A stretch of 64,000 bases of DNA from Octopus sinensis. Taxonomy: Eukaryota. How positions within the stretch are numbered: position 1 is the stretch's first letter; every line of letters begins with the position of its first letter. Location: the NCBI RefSeq assembly GCF_006345805.1, contig NC_043004.1, positions 40,114,001-40,178,000 of the forward strand. Reading direction: 5' to 3'. The position numbers were made by a program, and so were the translations under genes. The notes beneath the pieces were generated by a model. That model worked only from the letters and a program-made list of their open reading frames with translations. It searched no databases and was not told the origin of the DNA. Positions 40,977 to 52,022 of this stretch are shown here, piece by piece.

Positions 40977-42095
40977 ATAGAAGAGTATTGCTTCATATGA
41001 ATTCTCTCTCACAGAAACACAAGAAATATGGCAATATGAAAGGACTAGGAAATATATATATCATATTTTGATATGCACATCTGAATTTCTTTTCTTCTCA
41101 TTCCATTTACATTACATGTTTCTATGGTTGTATGTGTGTATGTATTGTGTATGTATCTGTATGTGCGTGTGTATTATGTACGTATGTATGTGTGTGTGTG
41201 TGTGTGTGTGTTTTGTTTGCCTCCACGCTTAAAAGTTCCAGAGAGATCTATTATTTGTAAACATCTCCAAAGTGCATGTTTCTTGAGAGACAGGACTTAA
41301 GGAATTCTTAAAAGCCCCTGTCTTTTATGAATAGGAGCAGTTTATTTTCCTTCTTAGTTAGAAAACCACTGCTGCCACAGCCACCACAGCCATCACCACC
41401 ACCACCACCACCACCACCACCACCACCTAATCATTGCCAACGCAACTACTTCCCATCGCATATCAATAGTTATATTTTATCAGTTGAGTGTTTCTATTAT
41501 TATTACAGAAGCCATTTCTATATCATTATTATTGTTCTTATTCTTATTCTTATTCTTCTTATTATTATTGTTGTTGCTGTTGTTATTGCTGTCACTGTTG
41601 TTGTTATCAACATTACTATTCCTACTATCACTTTTGTTGTTATAGTAGTTGTTGCTTATGAAGGCCTACCACCCCCCCATCCACCCACCTACCCTCTCAA
41701 TCCCTATGCAGAGGAAACGTGTCTTTACCTTGCAATTGGCTGTTCTATTACAGATATCATGTGAGTGCTTTCCATCAACTTCGATTTGAATTTAAAAGAT
41801 GGTAAAAAATAAAGAAAAGGAAAATGAGCAAAGATTTTTCAAAAAAATAAACAGGATGGTAATTCAGAGTGGATGGATGAATAGAAAGACAGATAGAAAA
41901 GCATTATATTTTTTTACTGAATTTTCCAACGTTTGCTGTATTAACAAGTGTATCTTTTAACTTCTCTTTCTATACAGCTATACATGGAAAGAAACACACA
42001 TATGTACAAGGGTAAACATAGGCATGGTTTTTAGGGACAAAATTAGTTGGAAGAAGAACCATTATATAGGAATGTTGAGCCGAGAGCAGAATTTT

Positions 42096-42395
42096 GTGGA
42101 GGCACATGGCCTAGTGGTTAGAGCAGCGGACTCGCGGTCGAGGGATTGCGAGTTCAAGTCCCAGACCGGGTGATGTGTGTGTTTATGAGCGAAACACCTA
42201 AGCTCCACGCAGCTCTGGCAGAAGGTAATGGCGAACTTCTGCTGACTCTTTTGCCACAACTTTCTCTCACTCTTTCCTCCTGCATCTTGCAGCTCACCTG
42301 TGACGGACCGGCGTCCCATCCAGGTGGGGAACCTATACGTCAAGAAACAGGCCCTTATGAGCCAGCCATGGCTCGAGAAGGAACAAACAACAACA
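42096..42395 (+). mobile_element. SINE type B, tail B3
   Basis: 13-bp TSD agagcagaatttt at 42083-42095 and 42396-42408. Confidence 0.92.
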
Positions 42396-43547
42396 AGAGC
42401 AGAATTTTCTCAGCAGCTGCCATGCCTAGGCCTGCCTACTCTACACACGACAGACTTCCACAGTTTCCATTCACCAGATTCACTTACAGGGCATTGGTTC
42501 ATCTAGGGCAATAGTAGAGGTCATTTGACCAAAGTGCCACACGTGAGACCGAACCAAAAAGCACAGGGTTGCAAAATGAGTTTCTTAATTACACAGCCAT
42601 GCCTGCACCTCTATGCATGTATGCATATATGTATGCGTATATACTCACTTATGCACACACACAAATATCATCATCATCATCTTCGTTTTTATGTCTACTT
42701 TTTTTCCTCGGAAAGGTTGGACGAGATTTATAGAAGCAGTATTCTATGACCAGATGTTGTTCTTGATACTGAACTTTTCAGTGGGTACTGAAAAGTTCCT
42801 AAGCTTTAAGGATATCACAAAAGTCCTGGTTGGAGATCCAATCCTTCCAAGTTCTTTACACATCTTAGAAAACTGAGGGACCACTGCAATAATTATGTAA
42901 ATCCGAAAGAAGAATAAGTTGAATAAAATCATAACTAATTGATAAAAAAAAAAAGAAAAATCCTTTATATCAACACGAAACCACAAACCTACAATCTGCA
43001 GAAAGTACAACTGGAAACCAATGTAATATGTACAAATTGCAATGTAAACAAAACCACTATAAACTTTATGAGTCAAACCATCAAAATCGGACAGACACGT
43101 ATGATATTTTCCAGCGACAAACAATGCACTTACAACAAGAAGCTATAAAAACACAGCAGAAATACAGAATACAAAATAAAACTAAATAGAAAAAGTACAT
43201 TAGGCGATAGAGCTACCATCTTATACACAATTACCCACATCCTCCCCACCCACCACCCCCAATAACAACAAGATTAGCTATAGAGGTTTTATTGAAAGCC
43301 AAGTACAAACCAAAATTAAAAAACACAGTAATAGTCTATAACATAAAGTGATTTATAACAGTAGCCAGAGGTAAACCATGAAACTATACACACACACACA
43401 CATGTAATATAAACATACATGTACATATGTGTATACACTTATACATAAACTCATATATGTATATGTAAATATATATATACACACACACACACACACACCA
43501 ACACACACATATATTATATCAATGTATATGTGTGTGTGTGTATGTGT

Positions 43548-43607
<60 letters not shown>

Positions 43608-43608
<1 letters not shown>

Positions 43609-43800
43609 TTTGTACCCACAACATCACTTGACATTCGATACTGGTGTGTTTATGTCCCCGTAACTTAGCAGTTCGGCAAAAGAAACCAATAGAATAAGTA
43701 CTAGGCTTAGAAAGAATAAGTACTGGGATCGATTTGTTCAAACTAAAAGGCTGTGCTCCAGCATGGCCACAGTCAAATGATACAAACAAATAAAAGAATA
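43608..43800 (+). mobile_element. SINE type D 3' module, after a (TG)n tract
   Basis: Matches the D tail. Confidence 0.8.
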
Positions 43801-43827
43801 TATACATACATACATATATATATATAT

Positions 43828-44130
43828 AACGGGAAGCTTTATGAAAATAAACAAAAGACGAAGGCAGGTGGAATACAAACAAACAATTGTATTAGTATAG
43901 CGCTCAGGAATATAAATAAAACAAGTCTTTTACGTTTCGAGCCTACACTCTTCAACAGAAAGATACACAGAAAAGAAACACGGAAAGAAACAAGGAGAGA
44001 AAAAAAATGCATGCAGAAGCTAGCGAATCAACATGGCGATCTGATTCCGGCCAGAAGTCAAAGATCAAACGTGAGACGCAAGAGCGAAAATAGGGGAGAT
44101 AACAGGGTCAAATGACCAACGCCCCAACAT
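43828..44130 (-). mobile_element. Penelope-like terminal-repeat remnant with a variant hammerhead-like motif
   Basis: Minus strand TCTTT-CTGTTGA-A-GAG.TGTAGG.CTC-GAAA-C-GTA-AAAGA at 43963-43926; related degraded copy at about 58405-58560. Confidence 0.55.
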
Positions 44131-44176
44131 AAGGGTGTGTGTGTGTATGAGAGAGTATGTAGTGTGTATGTATGTA

Positions 44177-44215
<39 letters not shown>

Positions 44216-44271
44216 GTGGTGCTATTAAGTTAGACATGGCCTGGACCAATCTTTGGTCGAAACATATCTAA

Positions 44272-44310
<39 letters not shown>

Positions 44311-44316
<6 letters not shown>

Positions 44317-44371
44317 TGTCACACGCTGACGAGAGGTCAATACCTCGAAACTCGAGTCCGTGTGTATCATA
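44311..44371 (+). ncRNA. Type I hammerhead ribozyme, copy 1
   Basis: Helix I CACACG/CGTGTG plus TATGAT/ATCATA; core CTGACGA 44326-32; helix II GAGGT-CAAT-ACCTC; GAAA 44347-50; helix III ACTCGAGT; GUC site with predicted cut after 44358. Confidence 0.93.
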
Positions 44372-44658
44372 AGTTGAAGACGGAAGGATGACTTCCCTTT
44401 GCAAATACTGACAGGACACAGATAGTGTGTCTATGGCCAGCTGGAGGAGTGTGTCCTCCTGGGGCTAAAAACTACAGTAGCATCCACCCTTAGGGGTTAG
44501 CCATATTGAAATGGCAAAAATACGTCACGATGTGTTACCGCTACTGTATATAACTCACTTTGATATTTATCATTGTTTGATTTCACTTTTTCAATATCAG
44601 CGACAGTGGGCGCTGGAAAAAGTATAAGTATTTGTGAAGGAAATCTAATTCTCGGCGA

Positions 44659-44728
44659 CAACTATGATTGTCACACGCTGACGAGAGGTCAATACCTCGA
44701 AACTCGAGTCCGTGTGTATCATAAGTTG
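44659..44728 (+). ncRNA. Type I hammerhead ribozyme, copy 2
   Basis: Identical motif, core at 44678-84, predicted cut after 44710; helix I further extended by CAAC/GTTG. Confidence 0.93.
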
Positions 44729-45004
44729 AAGACGGGAAGGATGACTTCCCTTTGCAAATACTGACAGGACACAGATAGTGTGTCTATGGCCAGCTGGAGG
44801 AGTGTGTCCTCCTGGGGCTAAAAACTACAGTAGCATCCACCCTTAGGGGTTAGCCATATTGAAATGGCAAAAATACGTCACGATGTGTTACCGCTACTGT
44901 ATATAACTCACTTTGATATTTATCATTGTATATATATATATATATATATACATATACATAAATATATATATATATACATATACATAAATATATATATTAA
45001 AAGC

Positions 45005-45242
45005 TCCAACCGATCGTGGCCGATGCCGGACCCCACCCCCTGGCACCTGTGCAGGTGGCACGTAAAAAGCACCCACTACACTCGCGGAGTGGTTGGCGTT
45101 AGGAAGGGCATCCGGCCGTAGAAACTCTGCCAGATCAGACTGGAGCCTGGAGCAGCCCCTGGCTTCCCAGACCCTGGTCGAACTGTCCAACCTGTGCTAG
45201 CGCGGAAAACAGACATTAAACGATGATGATGATGATGATGAT
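45005..45242 (+). mobile_element. RTE 3' UTR
   Basis: Conserved tail ending (gat)n. Confidence 0.85.
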
Positions 45243-45531
45243 ATATATATATATATATATATAATTATAATAAAGGGTTATTTGCAACAAGTTGCTTAAA
45301 CCACATACTGAAAATATTAGAAAATATTTCTAATATAAGGTATAATCCTTACTGAATATGGTCATTTCCATACCGCAAAAACTACTAGGTGAAATTTATT
45401 AATTTCATTAAATTAATTATATTTCACCCCTTATATGTATCTATATATATATATATATAGGTCTGTGTGTGTGTGTGTTTGTATGTATATAGATATAATA
45501 TATATATATACATGTAAACATACATACATAT

Positions 45532-45563
<32 letters not shown>

Positions 45564-46028
45564 ATTGTTAGAAAATGTCTGGTAGTCAAGAGTGACTAAG
45601 GCTACTCAAAGGTGGCTGGACATATGACAGAATGTCAAAAGATTTTAATAAGTTGCTTCAGTTGCTGGATGTACTGCAGTACAAAGAGATATCTAGTTCA
45701 GTCGTTTTATGATTTTGTCCCTTCTGGCTACAAACTGAAGAGAGAAGAAATAAGTCGTCTGGATTTTTGGAATGTATAATGGAACTTTCGTGAATATGTG
45801 TGGTTCTGTAAATGTGTGTGTGTGTGTGTGCGTGTGTGCGGTTTGTGTAACTACACACACACATACACACAGAGATATATATAAACTTGAATGTATACAT
45901 CTATACATACATACACACACATAGTACATACATGCATGCATGCACGCACACACGTATCCATATCCATATATATATATATATATATATTGTCCAACCCATG
46001 CTAGCATGGAAAGCGGACGTTAAACAAA

Positions 46029-46069
<41 letters not shown>

Positions 46070-46086
46070 TATACATTTATACATAT

Positions 46087-46145
<59 letters not shown>

Positions 46146-47032
46146 CATACATATATACATATATATATATATGTATGTATAAACACACACACACATATAT
46201 ATATATGTTCCAGCTAACACATTTCTTTAATTCAGTTAGACATAAATTCAAAGTACTGACTGAATGAATGAGTCGCTGTTGCACTCTCGGTGTTTAAATA
46301 TCTCCATGGGATTATCTGAATCATCAACTTATTTCATGTAAATCTATCATTGTCACCATCACCATCATCCTCACCATCATCATCATCCTCACCAGCGTCA
46401 TCAACATCATCATCATCGTCACCATCACCACCACCACCACCACCACCACCGTCGCCACCATCTTCAGCACCGCCACCATCATTATTTGTTTTATCAGCCA
46501 TGTTTCCAGGCCTGCATGGATCGTAAAGGATTCATCAAAGCAGATTATCTATGGCCATATGCCCTTCCTGTTACCAACCCTCTCTAGTTTAGGGCACGCT
46601 CGCTCATGTAAAGGAGGCACATACACACCCATATGAATCCTAGGTTATATGTCATAACCTCAAAGCTATTCATTCACTGATGTTCTCTTCTTTCTCCTCC
46701 CATCATTAAAAACATGATTTTTTTCATTGGTCTTTCTTACTTTTTGCTATTATTTTTTGTTAATTCTTTGTCACTTTTTTGTTTTATTCTTTTATATCTT
46801 CAATTACCACATTCTTGCGGCATTCATTTATGCTAAAGTCATTAAAATTCTGTTTTTCTTTTTATTTTATTTAATTCCATAGGTCTCTAGGAATATAATC
46901 TTTTATTTCTTTCAGTGTGGATACATACGCATGTATATATATATATATATAAATATATATAGACATATATAAATATATATATCTATGTATACAGATATGT
47001 ATATCTTTATATATGTATATATATATATAGAC

Positions 47033-47063
<31 letters not shown>

Positions 47064-47239
47064 CATACATATATATATACATACATATACACATTCATAT
47101 ATATACATATATATATACATATATATATATACATACACATATATATATATATATATTATATATATATGTTATACATTTATATATTTACATATATATATAT
47201 AGATATATATATATATATACATATATGTTATATATAAGT

Positions 47240-47608
47240 CAATGGAAATTGCAGATGTGTTACCAGTGCCAGTGGCATGTAAGAGAACTTTCCGTTTCGC
47301 GACCGTTGCCAGCACCGCCCCGTTTCGTGTCCGTTGCCAGCCTCGCCTGGCCCTCGTGCCGTGGCACATAAAAAGCACCATCCGTTCGTGGCCGTTGCCA
47401 ACTCTGTCTGGCACCAGTGCGGGTGGCACGTAAAAAGCACCCACTACACTCACGGAGTGGTTGGCGTTAGGAAGGGCATCCAGCCGTAGAAACACTGCCA
47501 GATTTGACTGGGCCTGATGAAGCCTTCTGGCTTCACAGACCCCAGTAGAACCGTCCAACCCATGCTAGCATGGAAAACGGACGCTAAATGATGATGATGA
47601 TGATGATA
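47240..47608 (+). mobile_element. RTE 3' UTR with subrepeats
   Basis: Repeated ccgttgccag and ggcac.taaaaagcacc, then the conserved tail. Confidence 0.85.
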
Positions 47609-47637
47609 ATAAGTATATGCATTTATATACATACATA

Positions 47638-47671
<34 letters not shown>

Positions 47672-48163
47672 TTATATATATACATATATATATACATACA
47701 TACATGAACGCATACACATGTGAACCTGTGTGTGTGTGCACGCACGTATATGTGTGTGCACGCGTACACCTGTATCTACATTAAATTTGTGCTGAAGCAT
47801 AAATAATGTTTATATGAAACATGCTCTCTCCCTTGAAGGTAAAGCTCACTAGATGGTTAGGCAACTACAAAAAAAAATGCCAAAATAACAGAAAAAAAAT
47901 CTAAAAAAAAAAACGAGAAAAGAAAGAAAGAAGGAAAAAAAAGAGTTGAGCGGAGAAGAAAAATTTTTGAAACGGAAGAGTCGGACTGATGCGAATGATT
48001 AAAGCTGAAGTGTTGAAAAATAGTAGACTGTTAGCTGTATAAAGGTAATTTAATTACATGTTTACATTTAATGAATTACACTGTAGCAAAAAAAAAGTTA
48101 ACAAAAAACTTAATTACCGACTGACAAATGCTAATTTTATATATATATATATACGTATATATG

Positions 48164-48216
<53 letters not shown>

Positions 48217-49051
48217 TATATTATATATATATATATATATATATTATTATATATACATATATACATATATATATATTTATATGTATATATATGAATGTAT
48301 ATATATATATATGTTTATATATACATATTATATACATACATATATACATGTATGTCTATATATATATATATGTATATATATCAGGTGTCTGTGTGTGCTG
48401 GGTAAAAGGCAGAAGAAAATCTTTTCACAAAAGTTAATTGCACAAATACATTGCCTAGATTGTCTTTTACAACTCATCTCTTCAAAGACATGAATGGTTT
48501 TGCTTTCGTTTTTACTTTTGCATTTTATCTAACGTTTCTTAAACGATTTCTCTTTGCCTTCAAATTTCTCCACTCCCACCTCCCCCCCATCTTTCTTTTC
48601 TTACACACACACGTGTGTGTGTACGTGCATATTCATTAAAGTGGATATACTGAACGCTGTATGCAATAGATTGTTATAAGCTCTTAATTCAATGAAATTT
48701 CCTCTTGCGTTAGAGAAGGCAAACAAAAACTTAGCGGCAACCGTTAGTATCTCTCAAAAATAGTGGGAGATACTTTCCTCAGAAATTTAGGACTTAACTT
48801 CCATACACTGGGGATAGGACAGCTTGATTTCTATTTCATATGTAAATGAGAGCCATGAGTATAGGTTTTGGCTCCTCTCATATCATCAGCAGAGTACAGT
48901 TGAAATGAGTCTTCAGATCAGTAAACATTATGCATGTCTTGTGCCAAAGGTAACCTTGTGTGTTTATGTGTATGCGTGTGAGAGTGTGTACATGTGTGTA
49001 CAAGTTTGTGTATGCATGTGTGAGTGTTTGTACATGGTTTGTGTTTGTATA

Positions 49052-49217
49052 GGCATAGGAGTGGCTGTGTGGTAAGTAGCTTGCTAACCAACCACATGGT
49101 TCCGGGTTCACTCCCACTGCGTGGCATCTTGGCGCAAGTGTCTTCTGCTATAGCCCCGGGCCGACCAATGCCTTGTGAGTGGATTTGGTAGACGGAAACT
49201 GAAAGAAGCCTGTCGTA

Positions 49218-49285
<68 letters not shown>

Positions 49286-49483
49286 TCCCCCTAGCATTGC
49301 TTGACAACCGATGCTGGTGTGTTTACGTCCCCGTCACTTAGCGGTTCGGCAAAAGAGACCGATAGAATAAGTACTGGGCTTACAAAGAATAAGTCCCGGG
49401 GTTGAGTTGCTCAATTAAAGGCGGTGCTCCAGCATAGCCACAGTCAAATGACTGAAACAAGTAAAAGAGTAAAAGAGTAAGAG
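49052..49483 (+). mobile_element. SINE type D
   Basis: Full copy with internal (TA)(TG) tract. Confidence 0.9.
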
Positions 49484-49742
49484 GGTTATTATAGTTGAGT
49501 ACAGACAAGGCTGCATTGCTATGTTGCAAACGCTGGCTAATGACTTAATTAACCCTGCGAAATATAAACCTCGTTTACAAAGATATCATCCAATTTAGCC
49601 AAATGGGATGAAGATTATCTCTGTTATCAGTTTCAAATTAACAGCATTTCGACACCACAAAAGCTTTCTATGAAAATAACACCAGTGAAATACAGTAGGC
49701 TTCATACATTGATGCATACAAAATTGCCTCACACAAAGAGAG

Positions 49743-49886
49743 CAGGGCTGTGGAATCGAAACAAAAAATTTCAACTCCAACTCCGACTCCAATACCATTG
49801 GCACCCCTGACTCCGACTCCAACACCATTGGCACCCCTGACTCCGACTCCAACACCATTGGCACCCCTGATTCCAACTCTGACTCC
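49743..49886 (+). mobile_element. (GACTCC)n element fragment with three 30-bp tandem units
   Basis: ctccgactccaacaccattggcacccctga at 49781-49870; same start as 24199. Confidence 0.65.
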
Positions 49887-49920
49887 TCTTTGTGTAATTA
49901 AGTGAGTATGGTCTACAAAA

Positions 49921-49969
49921 CAAAACTGTCTGACGAACGGGAATGTGAAACTCTGAGTAACAGCTTTTG
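49921..49969 (+). ncRNA. Minimal type I hammerhead ribozyme in a Penelope-like terminal repeat
   Basis: Helix I CAAAA-CTGT/ACAG-c-TTTTG; core CTGACGA 49930-36; helix II ACG-GGAA-TGT; GAAA 49947-50; helix III ACTC-T-GAGT; GUA site with predicted cut after 49959. Confidence 0.75.
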
Positions 49970-50313
49970 TTATATTTCTGCTGCTTTTAAATAAAGCATA
50001 TTACTCTACCTCTGGTACTCTTTTTTCCACCTTGTTTCACATTTATGTGCTTACTCCAGTATATATATAAGTTATTATTATTATTATATTTTGCAATTTA
50101 CTTAATCTTTGACATTTGCTTATTATTTTAATGTTAATATTTCTATTATATGTAATTTTCTGGATGGTGTAATTTAATTGTTCATTTTGAATTGATAAAA
50201 GGTGGGTTTTTTTCTAACTTTTTATATATATATATTATATTCTGTGAAATTTGATTTAGTACTTCTAAATTGAATTTTTTTTTCCTTGTAAGTTTTGGAT
50301 TTTATTCCCTCAA
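49921..50313 (+). mobile_element. Penelope-like terminal-repeat remnant (module Y 49921-50062 plus module X about 50141-50313)
   Basis: Both modules also occur at 6328-6661 in a different relative orientation. Confidence 0.55.
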
Positions 50314-50356
50314 TATATATATATATATACATATATATGTATATATATATATAATA

Positions 50357-50415
<59 letters not shown>

Positions 50416-50496
50416 GTATATATATATACATATACATATATATATATATATATGTATTATATATATATGTGTATATATATATATATATGTATATTA

Positions 50497-50538
<42 letters not shown>

Positions 50539-50784
50539 TTCAAGTTAGATGTTCCAGCTAACTTATTTCTTTAATTCAGTTAGACATAAATTCAAAATAC
50601 AAATTCAAATCATAAAGCAGAAACAACCATTTGGTTGTTGAAAGTGAGCTACACTATATTTTAACAAGTAATCAACCAGAAAGAAGGTGAAACTGTATCT
50701 AGCAGCAAATGCATTCAAAAATTATCTGACACATATTACAGCAGTATTGAGCACAAGAGTTAGTCACTGTGTGTTTATACATTC

Positions 50785-51030
50785 AAGGCGGTGAGCTGGC
50801 AGAATTGCTAGAATGCTGAGCAAAATGCTTACTCTTTACTCTTTTACTTGTTTCAGTCATTTGACTGCGGCCATGCTGGAGCACCGCCTTTAGTCGAGCA
50901 AATCGACCCCCAGGACTTATTCTTTGTAAGCCTAGTACTTATTCTATCGGTCTCTCTTGCCGAACCACTAAGTTATGGGGACGTAAACACACCAGCATCA
51001 GTTGTTGGGGGGACAAACACAGACACACAA

Positions 51031-51065
<35 letters not shown>

Positions 51066-51073
51066 TACATACA

Positions 51074-51109
<36 letters not shown>

Positions 51110-51116
51110 TATATAT

Positions 51117-51174
<58 letters not shown>

Positions 51175-51522
51175 CATACATATATACGACAGGCTTCTTT
51201 CAGTTTCCGCCTACCAAATCCACTCACAAGGCTTTGGTCGGCCCGAGGCTATAGTAGAAGACACTTGCCCAAGGTGCCACGTAGTGGGACTGAACCCAGA
51301 ACCATGTGGTTGGTAAGCAAACTACTTACCACACAGCCACTCCTACGCTTAGCAGTATTTCGCCTGTCTTTATGTTCTGAGTTCAAATGCCACCAAGGTC
51401 CACTTTGCCTTTCATCCTTTCAGGGTCGATAGAATAAGTACCAGTTGAGTACTGGGGTCGATGTAATCAACTATCCCCCTTCCCCAAATTTCAGGCCTTG
51501 TGCCTATAGTAGAAGGGATTAT
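50785..51522 (+). mobile_element. SINE type C split by a type D insertion
   Basis: Head at 50785-50831; the body resumes at 51347 with gctta duplicated. Confidence 0.8.
50832..51346 (-). mobile_element. SINE type D with a long internal microsatellite
   Basis: Full copy. Confidence 0.9.
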
Positions 51523-51636
51523 GTGTCTATATATTTGCTTGCATTAATTGTTTTCCATTAGGTTGCATTAAACGATGTTTAGATATATTTGTTCTAATTT
51601 TTGATATGGTTTCATTGATTTTTATTATGCTCAAGA

Positions 51637-52022
51637 GGTTCATCAATATACACACACACAATACATAATATGCACATATACACCCAAATATGTACATAAA
51701 TAAAAACATTCAGTGAGAGTAGTACATCTACTTATATATATGTTGTACGTTCATCAATATGTATATGTATGTGCGTGCGTGCGTGTGTATGTGTATGTAT
51801 GTACACATATAATACAAAATACATAATATGTAAATATACACTCAAATATGTACATAAATAAAACACCCAATGAGTAGTACATCTATTAATATATGTTGCA
51901 GGTTCATCAATATATATATATATATCATACATAATATGTACATATACACCAAAATATGTACATAAATAAAAACATCCATTGAGTTGTACATCTATTAATA
52001 TATATTGTTACAGGTTCATCAA
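51637..52022. repeat. Tandem units of about 110-150 bp with variable microsatellite inserts
   Basis: ggttcatcaata..aaatatgtacataaataaaa..gtacatcta recurs at about 51637, 51749, 51901 and 52013, and resumes at about 52361 after an RTE-tail insertion. Confidence 0.8.

Larger units (their letters stand above)
44311..44929 (+). mobile_element. Putative non-LTR retrozyme: 352-bp tandem repeat with hammerhead ribozymes
   Basis: 44311-44576 is repeated at 44663-44929 with one extra G. One hammerhead per copy, hairpin-rich spacer, (TA)n on both sides, no meaningful ORF. Confidence 0.85.

Noticed and set aside
44230-44271. Hammerhead-like remnant CTG-GACCA.ATCTT.TGGTC-GAAA-CATATC just upstream of the retrozyme
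   Set aside because: The ANGA part of the core is missing and helices I and III do not form properly; at best a dead relic.
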